Source: the human T2T-CHM13v2.0 reference genome, Homo sapiens. Taken from it: a stretch of DNA of 64,000 nucleotides. Position numbers and translations under genes: made by a program. The stretch lies in the NCBI RefSeq assembly GCF_009914755.1, contig NC_060932.1, one strand, 5' to 3'. Positions within the stretch are counted from its first letter, which is position 1. Every line of letters starts with the position of its first letter. The notes beneath the pieces are model-generated. The model was not told where the DNA came from. It saw only the letters and a list, made by a program, of their open reading frames with translations, and made no database searches. Positions 1 through 15,477 of the stretch are shown piece by piece.

Positions 1-340
<340 letters not shown>

Positions 341-437
341 CTAATTACATTAAATGCTGGACATGCAAGTTGGACAATACATATTCCCTCTTGGGGATTA
401 GCTTAGTGTAAAAGAGACATAAGAAAAAACAATTACA

Positions 438-752
438 GGCTGCGTGTGGTAGCTTACACCTGTAATCCAAGCACTTTAGGAGGCCAAGCGGGTGGATCCC
501 TTGAGCTCAGGAGCTCGAGACCAGCCTGGACAGTATAGCAAAACCCTGTCTCTAAAAAATATACAAAAATTAGCCGGGCATGGTGGCGCGTGCCTGTAAT
601 CCCAGATACTCGGGAGGCTGAACCACAAGAATCTCTTGAATTCAGGATATTACAGTGAGCTGAGATCAGGCCACTGCACTCCAGCCTGGGCAACAGAGTG
701 AGGCTCTGTCTCAAAAAAAAAAAAAAAAAAGAAAAGAAAGAAAAAGAAAAAA
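438..752 (+). mobile_element. Alu (J/S), full length
   Basis: Dimeric Alu, A tail, flanking AATTACA repeat. Confidence 0.9.
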
Positions 753-1113
753 TTACAATGGTATTTGCACTTGTTTGGTTGTGGATTGTGCAATGAAAAC
801 AGAGGCCCAAAAGATTCTCTTTTCTCATTGTTGTTGATGTATTTATTAATATGTTCAATTTATTGGATTTTTTAAATAAATGATGAATGCCCTTTAAACA
901 AGTTCAATGATACAGAGATGTAGAAACAGTTAATAATCTCTATAGAAATCCTTATTACCCTCCAGGCCCAGAGATATGCCACTTATGTCATGAAGCTGTT
1001 CATCCCAGGCTCTTTTGGATGCTTATGACACTTCGTAGCACTCATATGACACTTTAAGTGACATAGGAACTTGGGAACTTTGAGGACAATTGAAAGCATC
1101 AAAGGTATTCAGC

Positions 1114-2082
<969 letters not shown>

Positions 2083-2309
2083 AGTGATGTGAAACATGGG
2101 GGAGAGTCAGCAGAACTTCATCAGTGATTTGGATGTGAGTATGGGAGAGATTAGGAACCTCTCATTACTCTGTGGTTGGGTGGAGAAGGAATAGTGGCAA
2201 AAATTAATGAGAATTCAAGAGGAAGACTGGTTTGGGGAGGAAGATGGTAAGTCTGGATTGGGTTTTATTGCCTGTAAGATGCTAGTAGGTCATGAAAGTG
2301 GAACTCTCG

Positions 2310-2445
2310 AGTTCCTTGCTAAGGTGTGGTCCGCAGAGCAGCAGCATGTGATCCCCCAGGAACGTGTTAAAAATGCGGTGCTCGAGACAGCTGGCCTGCT
2401 GAATCAAATCTGCGTCATAAACCTGCACTTGTTAAACCGTGGTCT
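2310..2445. mobile_element. MER5-family hAT-Charlie MITE fragment
   Basis: GTGTGGTCC...CAGCAGCAT...GTTAAAAATGC...CTGAATCAAATCTGC resembles MER5A/B. Confidence 0.6.
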
Positions 2446-2514
2446 CTGACTTAACATCACACTGCTGAGGAAATCACCAAACTTCCTATACTCCGGTCAT
2501 TAAAGCTTCTAGGA

Positions 2515-2800
2515 TTTTTTTGTTTTTTTTTGAGACAGAGTCTTACTCTGTCACTCAGGCTGGAGTGCAGTGGCACAATCTCAGCTCACTGCAGCCTCAA
2601 CTTCTCAGGCTCAAGAGATCCTCTCACTTCGGCCTCCTGAGTTGCTAAGACTTGGTTAATTTTTTGTACTTTTGTAGAGACAGGGGTCTTGCCATGTTGC
2701 CCAGGCTGGTCTTGAACTCCTTGGCTCAAGCGATCCACCCCACCCGCCTCGGCTTCCCAAAGTGCTGGGATTACAGGCATAAGCCACTGTGCCCAGCCAG
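2515..2800 (-). mobile_element. AluJ antisense
   Basis: T tail, Alu body, flanking GCTTCTAG repeat. Confidence 0.9.
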
Positions 2801-2907
2801 CTTCTAGTATTTAGGGTGTGTTTTGCAGATGTGGTTACTGCAAAGGAGCTGCAGAAGAAATAGATTTGTAAAGTTTGCATGAGATCCTTCAAAAAATTCT
2901 GCCTGTA

Positions 2908-3220
<313 letters not shown>

Positions 3221-3759
3221 CGGCCTGTAAAGGCTACCCAAGGCAAAGGACACCTGTGGACCACGCATACAGCTGGGCCATAGCTGCTGACTCATCTGCC
3301 TGATGCAGCACTCAGTTGCTCTGTATTTCACACATTTCTCTCTGTATTTAAGAGCAGCTATAATAATATCAAAGAGAAAATTACTTATAGAAGTTTTAAA
3401 GAACATGTCAAATTTTAAGAATTTACATATAGATATTAAATAATAAGTGAGAATTTGGGTAGACTAGCATAATTATAAAATGAATATCTTATTCTCAAAA
3501 CTCTTCATGTTTTAAATATGATGTTTTCATCTTAATTGCAAAAGTCTGTTCCTAAAACTCACCACAAAACAGACATCTATGTGTGAGAAATCATTTCCTA
3601 GTCTCACAAAGAAAAAAATCATAACTATGACATTTTCTAATATGTGGTTTATACAAATGCATAGACAATCCTTTCCTGTTCCGTTTGTTCCTTTTTTAAA
3701 ATCAGATATATACAGATACTATACTATAGTATAGTACACACTGTACTACACTCACTCAA

Positions 3760-3983
3760 TGCAACTTCTGCCTCCCGGGTTCAAGCAATTCTCATGCCTC
3801 AGCCTCTCGAGTAGCTGGGACTACAGGCATGCGCCACCATGCCCAGCTAATTTTTGTATTTTTAGTAGAGACGGGGTTTCACCATCTTGGCCAGGCTGGT
3901 CTCGAACTCCTGACCTCAAGTGATCTGCCCGCCTCGGCCTCCCAAAGTGCTGGGATTACAGGCGTGAGCCACCATACCCGGCC
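3760..3983 (-). mobile_element. AluS antisense, 3'-truncated (no tail)
   Basis: Alu body starts abruptly at TGCAACTTCTGCC with no T tail. Confidence 0.88.
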
Positions 3984-4171
3984 AACACACATTTCTGGAT
4001 GTTAAAATTTAATCGAAATCCTCAACAAGAGGGAAAAAATCAGAAGTGACTTTCATTTGTAGAATGTGCAAAAGCAATATGTTTACCAATGGTGGGGTGG
4101 GGGGCCTTGTAAAATGATCTGTAAATAAAATGTTCCTACTCCACGGACTGCTTAAATCAGAAGCAGAGTTA

Positions 4172-4261
4172 TTAGGATGAACCACAGGAAACTCCCATCT
4201 TCATAGGTCAAACTGGTCAATTATTGGTCAAATATTGTCAGTTTTATATGGTTCAGCCTCT
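4172..4261. mobile_element. MADE2-like mariner MITE
   Basis: TTAGGATGAACCA...GGTCAAA...ATATGGTTCAGCCT: imperfect terminal inverted repeats matching recalled MADE2. Confidence 0.65.
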
Positions 4262-5409
4262 ACTGTAATTAAGCGTTTTCTTATGTGTCACCCTATGCAG
4301 TAACTGGACAATAAAGTAGAAAGCAAAGCAAACGGTGTACGAGTAGGATTTTTTTCTTTCATGTGGTTGGTTTTCAGTGTTGCACTGCCTCTGTAATGCT
4401 GTTGCTTCACTGACTTTCTTAATGATAACTCTTTAACTTGACTGCCAAGAAAGAAACTCAATTGTGATGAGCCATTGGTTACAGTGCCCTTGTCTGATAA
4501 TTGCTCCAATCATCAGAAAAGAGTTGACAGATAGTGTGACAGGTTGGAAATCAGCCCCACAGGAAAAACATTTTTTTCTTTAGCTTACTGGAAATGTACA
4601 TATGATGTCTCCGCTTGCTGATTATGCCTTCTTTGTACTGAAACTCTAAAAACCTAAAATGCAAAGACCTAAGGGTAAAAGGCTATCTCACTGTTTCAAA
4701 TCTGTTGCCAAAAAAAGCTGACCTGACACAAATAAGAAGCAAACTATGTTTATGTTCAAAATGTCTTATTTCATGTAATCAAATTTGGAATGCATGGCTA
4801 ATTCATGCCTCTTGCCTTAGGGCTAATTTTGTATCATGACAATGTAATGAGAAGAATAAATTATCCAACAATTATAGGGAAAAAATAATGTTATCTGGGA
4901 GTTTTTAAAGGAGATAATATATACCTCACATTTTAAATTATTTTATAAAACCTTAAGTAGTCAAACAAGGGCCAGGAAAATCGTCCAAGTGAATTATTTC
5001 CAAGTTTAAAAAAATTAAAAGAATGAACAGGAAATTAAAAATGGGTGCCATGGTTTAGTGGTTACATTATTACAATACCTTAAAAATAGCACAGTGATGG
5101 ACATATAATAAACACTCAAGAATTGTAACAACTGTTATTATTACTACTATCACTACTAACACCAACATTACCATGACTATTAATAATATTATTGACCAGG
5201 TAGAGTTGCCTTTGAAATAATAGTTTCACTTATTTTATTTCTATGTATTTCAAAAAGTGTCAATTTGGTTACAGATTTCTTTAGTTAGATCAAGAGTAAA
5301 GATGTTTTATTCTGCAATAAATTACAAAATTAAATATGTATGCAATGCCTAATCTTATACGGTGCTATAGTAAACATTAATATAATTTGTACAAAATTGG
5401 CATCTAAAA

Positions 5410-5520
5410 ATCTGGATTTGAGTGTGGGTTCTGTTACTAATTGTTAACCACGGAGAAGTTGCTTAAAGTCTATGAAACTTAGTTTTCTTATCTGTAAAAT
5501 AGGGCTAATTATAGTAGCAA
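5410..5520 (+). mobile_element. MIR fragment
   Basis: CTTAGTTTTCTTATCTGTAAAATAGGG core. Confidence 0.7.
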
Positions 5521-5652
5521 TAATAATAGCTAACGGTTAGGATTTAATGCTTCCTATGTGCGAGGGAATTTTCTAAGAATTTTATATACATTAACTCACT
5601 TGCTAATACTTCCCATAATGCCTAGCATTAATTTAGTAAAAGAAGATTGAGC

Positions 5653-6135
5653 TGTCAGTCTCCGTTTGCCTTCCACCACTGGCCCTTCTCTGCCAGGAAG
5701 CTGACTCCTGCAAATAGATCACTTGGGCTTCCTTGACACCTGACTTTCAGCTGGATTCAGACAGAGGAAGGTACCAACAGGAGATTAGAAGCTAGCAGGA
5801 GACAGAGGCAGAGCTATGTCTCTCCCTTTGCTCCCTGAGCTAGCAACTCTATTCTAATGTGTGTGTTTGAGGAGGGAGAGAGATCCCTAAGACTAGACCT
5901 CTCGCCAAACATTCTGGAAACATAGGTCCTCTTCTAACTGGACTCAGTGAACACAACATCCTTTTTTTGCCTCTTTATGCCCAGGGTGGTAAACACTTCC
6001 TGCTGTTGCTAGTTTCTTGGTACCTAAACACCCGTCTCTAGTACCCTTATCATAGCTAGGTAAGTAGTTCCTTCATTAAAGTATCTTGATTTGACCCCTA
6101 TGAGGGGAATACTCTTTCTTGCTGGGACCCTGACT
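5653..6135 (+). mobile_element. LTR33-family (ERVL) solo LTR
   Basis: GGAAGCTGACTCCTGCA...CAGGAGATTAGAAG...CTTCATTAAA...CTTGCTGGGACCCTGACT terminus typical of LTR33. Confidence 0.7.
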
Positions 6136-6664
6136 TTTTTAGGGACTGCATATTTTAGTATTTCAGTCAACTACTTGTTACTCAATATAATGGTAACTTA
6201 AGAGTTTTTTTTTTTTTTAATGAATCAGTATGTCAGGGAATATAATTTTGCTTTTCAATAGTTTAAGAAACCAAATGTTTCTAACTTGAATGAGTTCACT
6301 ATTTTTTTTAAATAAACAAACAAAAAATCTTTCATTTGGTTCACACTTCAGGGAAAGGATATTTTAGATTCAGTTTAGTTTCTGAGCATAACCAATTAGC
6401 CTGGTATATCCCAGTTAAATGGTTCATGGTTTGGTTTGGTTCAGGTTAAGCATAAAACCCTGACATTGTGGAAAAGGTCAGTTGGAATATATGTGTTTCC
6501 CTGAGTGGGACAAATGCACACTCTAATTATGGGGATATATTCCTAGGATGGTAGAAACTTAATGTCATCCTAGTAATAAAATTATTCTCAGTTAAGTGAA
6601 CGGCTCATCAACCACTGGCGTTCTTAATGTGTGTGGTTCAGCTTCCCAAACAAGATCAGTAATA

Positions 6665-6790
6665 GGGCGTGGCAGAGAGCACCTGTAGTCCCAGCTACCA
6701 AGAGGCTCAGGTAGGAGCCTCTTGGATTTATTGAGCCCAGGTGTTCAAGACCAGCCTGGGCAACATAGCAAGACTCCCTCCCATTAAAAC
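6665..6790 (+). mobile_element. FLAM_A-type Alu monomer
   Basis: Monomer: CCTGTAGTCCCAGCTAC...TTGAGCCCAGG...CAAGACCAGCCTGGGCAACATAG. Confidence 0.75.
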
Positions 6791-6887
6791 AATCAACAGC
6801 AAACCATGTACACCTCTTTTCTAAGTGCTTCTCCACCCTCCACCCTCCACCTTCTCCCCTTAAATTAATTCCTTTCCAATTAGATTT

Positions 6888-7060
6888 GTCTTCCTCAAAG
6901 TATGGGCCCCAGACAATCTGGGATTTGTCAGAAATGCAAATTCTTAGGCTCCACTGCAGATCTTCTACTAAATGAGAAATTCTGGGTTAGGGCCCAGCAA
7001 TCTGTGGCTTAACAAGCCCTCCAGGTGACTATAATGCACTATAATGTTTGAAAACCACTC
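6888..7060. mobile_element. MER5A
   Basis: AGAAATGCAAATTCTTAGG...GGGCCCAGCAATCTGTG..TTAACAAGCCCTCCAGGTGA...TTTGAAAACCACT. Confidence 0.8.
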
Positions 7061-7874
7061 AGTTACATGTTTCTTGAAGTCCGATCCTATCTATCTAGTA
7101 TTTCTGTGTTGGAATTGGGTTCCACTCAAAGATCATGCTGATATTATTAATTTCATGTGTGTGTGAGTGACAAAATAACAGGGACAATTGATGGCATGCC
7201 CAAAGACATAAGTGTTTGAACTCCAGAGCTAAGATTCCTAACCGCTAAGCTAGAATGCTCCCCTAAAGGCTGCGCAGAAGCAATAATGAAACCCATGCAA
7301 AACTCAAGGAAAAACTAGTCGCATAAACTTTTTAACCCTCAAACACCCGTAATCTGATAATGCAGTATCTATTTATGATAATACATGTTTGCTTCATTAT
7401 TTTTATCCAGTTGAAAAGGCCAAGACGTAATTTTACTAATACACATCTAAATTTTCAAGCACAAGTTCCTGGTTACCCTGTAACTAAATAACTTCTCACA
7501 TTTTGGCTATTGAAAGCCAGTTTCTTTGCTTAATGAAAACCAGGCAAAGCTGCACACATACAGTGCAGCTACAGTCTGTGATAAAGCCATGGACACCTCG
7601 TTCCGAGCATTCCAAATGTGTTTAATTGTATCTTTTGGCTTTCATATTTCTTTTTTCTAGGACAATAGGTCTGTTTTAGTTACATATTTTTTTTGCCTGA
7701 AGTCAGATCTCACAGCTTCCGGTGAAAGGCACAAAATGGTCAGGAAGAGCAGGGTTGGAGGTGGGTGGGAGTTGATTTCTAATCTAGGGATTCCCTTAGT
7801 CGGAAGCTAATGATGATTCACAACGCAGGCACATCTTTAATCTCACAATGAATAATGTATAATGGTTTACAGAA

Positions 7875-8460
7875 AGATTTAATAAAAGATCCCTATGTTC
7901 CAAAGCAAGTAATTTGGGAGTTATGCTAGTTCCTCCCTCTCTCGCCCCCAAACACAATCTGTCACCAAGCCCTACTGATTCTAGCTGCCAAACCATTCTC
8001 AAACCTGTTTTATCCTTTCCATTCTCATTACAACTGCCTTAATTTAGGACCTAGACTCTTAATTGGACTTCCTTTCTCTTGCTCCCTTTTGCTTCATTGT
8101 CATGCCAACTACAAAAAACTTTTCTTAATATCATATCGCTTCCCTATTTTAAATGTCTCCAACACCCACCCGATTAAGTCATTAGCAGGCATACCTCCTA
8201 CCTCATCTTGTTGCTCAATCAATATTCTAGCAATTTGCTGTACAAGCCAATCTGTTTCATACCTTCTAGGCTTTGCTTTCCAGCCATTTCCTCTGCCTGG
8301 AATTCCCTTTCTCCTATGCCAAGAGGGAAATACATTATATTTTCTTCAACATCCAGCTCAAAGGCCACCTCCTCTAGGGAGTCTTCCCGGTTCCATGACC
8401 AGAAATTTCTCCATCCCTTGCCATCCCTGTGCCTTGTACGTAATCTCATAATCCTTCACA
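7875..8460. mobile_element. L2 fragments
   Basis: Pyrimidine-rich L2-type motifs (TTCCTCTGCCTGGAAT, CAGCTCAAAGGCCACCTCCTC). Confidence 0.65.
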
Positions 8461-8481
8461 TAATTATCATTATTTTAACAA

Positions 8482-8772
8482 TTTTTTTTTTCTTGAGATG
8501 GAGTCTTGCTCTGTCCCCGGGGCTGGGGTGCAGTGGCGCGATCTTGGCTTGGTGCAAACTTCGCCTCCTGGGTTCAAGTGATTCTCCTACCTCAGCCTCC
8601 TGAGTAGCTGGGCTTGCAGCGCCAGCCACCACACCCGGCTAATTTTTGTATTTTTAGTAGAGACAGGGTTTCACCATGTTGGCCAGGCTAGTTTTGCACT
8701 CCTGACCTCAAGTGATCTGCCCACCTCAGCCTAAGTGCTGGGATTACAGGTGTGAGCCACCATGCCCCGCCC
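8482..8772 (-). mobile_element. AluS antisense
   Basis: T tail and full Alu body. Confidence 0.9.
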
Positions 8773-9298
8773 ATCACATAATTACTTTAGCTACTTATTT
8801 ATATGTCTTGTTTAATGTGAATTTCTGGACAGTTCCACACAAGGCCTGACGTAAAATAGGTACACATAATTTAAGAAATAATTGCATTCATCAATACCAC
8901 ATAGTATGTTAAATGCTATCAGACACGATACAACTGGAAAAGTTTTGCGTCTCATGCAGATGTTCTGAAGAGCCAGATAGTTGAAGTTGAATGATACAGC
9001 TTTACCACCTGTCACCTGCAGCAGTTGCTTATTCTTGTCTTTAGTTACAGAGTAAGAGAAAAAATTGCTTTAACTACCATAAAAATCTTCCTATTCCTGA
9101 AATTATATCTGTACAACATAAAGGAATCATAAAGAAAAGCCAGCTGAGCACCTACTTTTGCCTTATTCTGTTCTAATTACATGTTTTAGGGTGTCTAACC
9201 CTGGTATGTCTAGGTGTATCTAAGAATTTTGATTTTGAAGATGCACTTGAACTGACCACGTTCTTAGGCATAACCACTAACCTCAAAAGTCAAAGTAT

Positions 9299-10350
9299 AG
9301 CGTGGGCATGGTGACTCATGCCTGTAATCCCAGCACTTCGGAAGGCCAAGGCGAGGGTATTGCTTGAGACCAGGAGTTTGAGATCAGCCAGGGTGAGACC
9401 CTCTCTCTTCAAAAAATTAAAAGAAAAATTAGCCAATGTGGTGGCACATGCCTATAGTCCCAGCTACTCAGGAGGCTGAGGTGGGAAGATTTCTTGCTTC
9501 CAGAAGGTAGAGGCTGCAGTGAACCATGATTGCACCACTGCACTCCAGTCTGGGCAACAGGGTGAGACCCTGTATCAAAAAAAAACAAACAGGCCAGGTG
9601 CAGTGGCTCATGCCTGCAGTCCCAGCACTTTGGGAGGCTGAGGCGGGTGGATCACTTGAGGCCAGGAGTTTGAGACCAGCCTGGCCAACATGGCGAAACC
9701 CTGTGTCTTCTAAAAACACAAAAATTAGCCAGTCCATGGTGGTGCATGCCTGTAATCCCAGCTACTCAGGAGGCTGAGGCATGAGAATTGCTTGAACCTG
9801 AGAGGTTGCAGTGAGCCGAGATTGTGTCACTGCACTCCACTCTGGGCGACAGAGTGAGACTCTGTCTCAAAAAACAAACAAAACTCGTACAAACAAAAAT
9901 CAAAATTCAAAGTATAAAAGCTCAAGGTATAAAACAAAATGCTAATGTATTAACTAACAATAAAAGATATAGACCCGTGCAAAGATCTTGCTATTCCTAT
10001 CCACTCATGCCTAAGCAAGAGTTAAGTTAGAAGTCAGAAGTTTGGCCGGGCGCGGTGGCTCATGCCTGTAATCCCAGCACTTTGGGAGGCCGAGGTGGGC
10101 GGATCACGAGATCATGAAATCGAGGCCATCCTGGCTAACACCATGAAACCCCGTCTGTACTGAAAATACAAAAAATTACGTGGGCGTGGTGGCAGGCGCC
10201 TGTAGTCCCAGCTACTCAAGAGGCTGGGGCAGGAGAATGGCGTGACCCGGGAGGCGGAGCTTGCGGTGAGCCAAGATCTCGCCACTGCACTCCAGCCTGG
10301 GTGACACAGCGAGACTCCATCTCAAAAAAAAAAGAGAGAAAAAAAAGAAA
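9299..10350 (+). mobile_element. AluJ (9299-9590), AluS (9592-9885), AluY (10045-10350)
   Basis: Three sense Alus; the last has Y diagnostics (CATCCTGGCTAAC, AATGGCGTGA, GGAGCTTG). Confidence 0.9.
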
Positions 10351-11067
10351 CTACTAGTCTTATGAGACATTTCTTCCAACCCAGAGAAAAGCAAGGTGAA
10401 CTATTCCTGTCCTCACTGTAACAGAGCACACTGATTCTCCAGGGCCTGGATGCACTGTGTCGGGTAGAGTGAATGACTCTTTCTCCTGGACAATGCAGGA
10501 GCATTACTAAATATCTTTCTAGGAGAGATGGATTTTGTCATCTCCATTGCCTAGGTTCTGGCCTTCTGCTAACATTTTTTTTTTCTTAATTCAGACAGTG
10601 CGTAATAAACAGTGACCTCAGAACTCACCCCCTTTCACTCTTGACTTTCCTAACCACTTTTGCAACTTGGCCTTTTTGTCTTGTCCTGTCCTTGGTATCC
10701 TAGTTATGATTATCACTTCTTCTCCATCACCTTACCGGTAGACCAGGCAATAAGGCAGTCATAGTGATAAAATTCGGATGGTTGCAGTTTTCTCAGGCAT
10801 TCAATTATGGTCTGTCTCATCTGTAGAAGACAGGTCCCATCTTCAATATTTTTATCCTTTCTGGCTTTCTCCTTAGAGAATAACATTCTGGGAGTACCTA
10901 ACAGTAGTTCCCTAGATACTGACTATACTTAACATGATGGTCTTGACAACTACTGCTGTCCCAAGATATTTTTTTAAAGGAAGAGGAAAAATTAGACATG
11001 ATGAACTGAATCTTTCTCATACTGACTCTTCAAAACACTTCTGCTTCCACTCAAAAGCTGAAGATGG

Positions 11068-11873
<806 letters not shown>

Positions 11874-12330
11874 TTTTTTTTTTTTTTCTACTCATAAGAT
11901 GCCTGGTTTTTTGTCCAAGGTTGGCCATAATTATTCATGACCTTGAAGAGCATAACTTGTGCATTATCTCTCACGACTGTATACAGGAATATTAAAAAAA
12001 CTTGGTCTTGATCTACTATACACATATAAACCAATTTCAGCTCCCAAAAAGAAATAAATTATTCAACGTATTTTTTAAAGTTTTAAAATTCTGGCTGGTG
12101 AGTTTGGGGCACATTTCTGAAATGTGATTCTAATTATTTATATAATACAAAAAAAAAGCTAAGCCTCTTTCAGTGTATGACTCACAACTTTTTTTCTACC
12201 CACATATAACTTTTAAAATCATCTTTACATAATATCAGCATATTCTGGTGCTTAACTATATTATAGCTGGCCACTTAGAAGAATTAAATAAATCTCTCAG
12301 TTGCTCCTGTGAGGATCATTTGTTTTGTGA

Positions 12331-13487
<1,157 letters not shown>

Positions 13488-13589
13488 TTAGATTTAGGAT
13501 GTTTATATTAGGGATAAGTAGCTTGAGGGTTAATAAAAATAGATGAGGCAGATTGCACTGACTTCCATGTGCAGAATGAGGAGCAGTAT

Positions 13590-13850
13590 AATCCAGTGGT
13601 GAAGAAAGTGGCAAAGGGGCCAGATAAGCCTGGGCTCATCTTCCAGCTCTAAAGTTGGCTCCCCATGCCATTAGTTAGGGGACCATGTCCTATGGACCTT
13701 GGGCATTTATGATCTAAGCCTCCATTTCCTCATCTGTAAAACTGGGTTAATAATCCTCACTTTAGTGTTTATTGAGGTGATTAAATGATGCAAATCCGGT
13801 AAAGCATTGAGCACAGTGCCCGCACATAGTGAGAGCTCAACAAATAGTTT
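13590..13850 (+). mobile_element. MIR
   Basis: GCCTCCATTTCCTCATCTGTAAAACTGGG...AAAGCATTGAGCACAGTGCC...CTCAACAAAT. Confidence 0.8.
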
Positions 13851-14714
13851 TGTTTTAGAATTACAGCACTTTGTATTTATTCAAAGCATTTTCAGATACA
13901 TCATCTTATTGATCTGAGCCTTAATTCTGTAAAGATCATGAGGCAGGTATTATACACCTCTTGTACCTCTACACGCACACACACCCCCCCCACCCCTTCC
14001 GGTTCTGGACAGACACAGAAAGTTCAAGAGTCGTTCAAGTTAGTGATAGAGCTGGTATTACAAGAGTCAATAACACTGGTCTTTCTCCCTCCTATCTCAC
14101 TGAGTAGGGAGGACATCCATATGTGTTCCCAGGTTCAGGCAGAGTGGCATCATGTCAACAACTACTGTTCTATTTCTGTGGTACAGTGTTCATGGAATAG
14201 AAAAAAAAATGCTATTTTCTTAATGGCTTGAAAAAACTTTATAGACAACTTAAAAGACGTCAAGGGCTCTTTGAGTGGCAGAGAAAAGGTGACTTTTAGA
14301 TGAGGTGAAGGATTGGTACTTAGCCCTGCTTGGGGAACAAGCTCACCAGAAGTAAGGGATTTTAATCAAAACTGCCTGGGAAGAGGAGATATATTTCAAT
14401 TTCTTCTGAAACTAAAGGTATTATTTAGCTGCAGAATTGTGATAAAGATTACCTGGGGTAAAATGCATAAAGGAATGTATATATGGAGCCATGATAGAAT
14501 CTGGGGATCTGGAAGCAAAGAAAATAAGAAAAATAATACAGCTCCATTCTCTTTCATTTTTATTACATTGCCTAAATTTACACTAATTAGGATTCATCTA
14601 GGTTAATAGGCAGTTGTGGATTTTTAAAGATGCACATAATTCAAAAGTTTACTTATCTGCCAGCCATTAATAGATTAATGTGTTGTTTAATCAGATTGCT
14701 TTCCTAACTTTTAA

Positions 14715-15117
<403 letters not shown>

Positions 15118-15477
15118 CTAATAGGTGCCTAAGTAACCTGGGAGAACACAGGACTTTCAGGGGAATGAGTTGCAGAAAGGGAGATGGCAGAGTCCTACAA
15201 TTATTATATGGCAAAATAATTTTCCAGAATTATGCCTGTATCCAGAGAAGGTGTGGAAATATTTTTCTTCTTCACCTTCTTCTTACGTAAGGGGGGCCCT
15301 TAGTCTTCCTGTAACCTTATAACTAATGATATCACTCACTGTTATTTGATTATATAATGGTTAAACAGATATTTGTGGGCCGGCCTGAGTGGTTATATTA
15401 GTTCTAGGGGGAAATTATTCTTGAAGTGCTTTTTTTTTTTAATTTACCATGCCTCCAAGACAAGTTCATGTTTTGCC

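Noticed and set aside
7620-7745. Strong plus-strand polypyrimidine acceptor ending at 7660
   Set aside because: No convincing downstream donor and no recognisable coding frame.
7810-7980. ATGATGA C-box suggesting a C/D snoRNA (also near 880)
   Set aside because: No CTGA D box at a suitable distance and no terminal stem.
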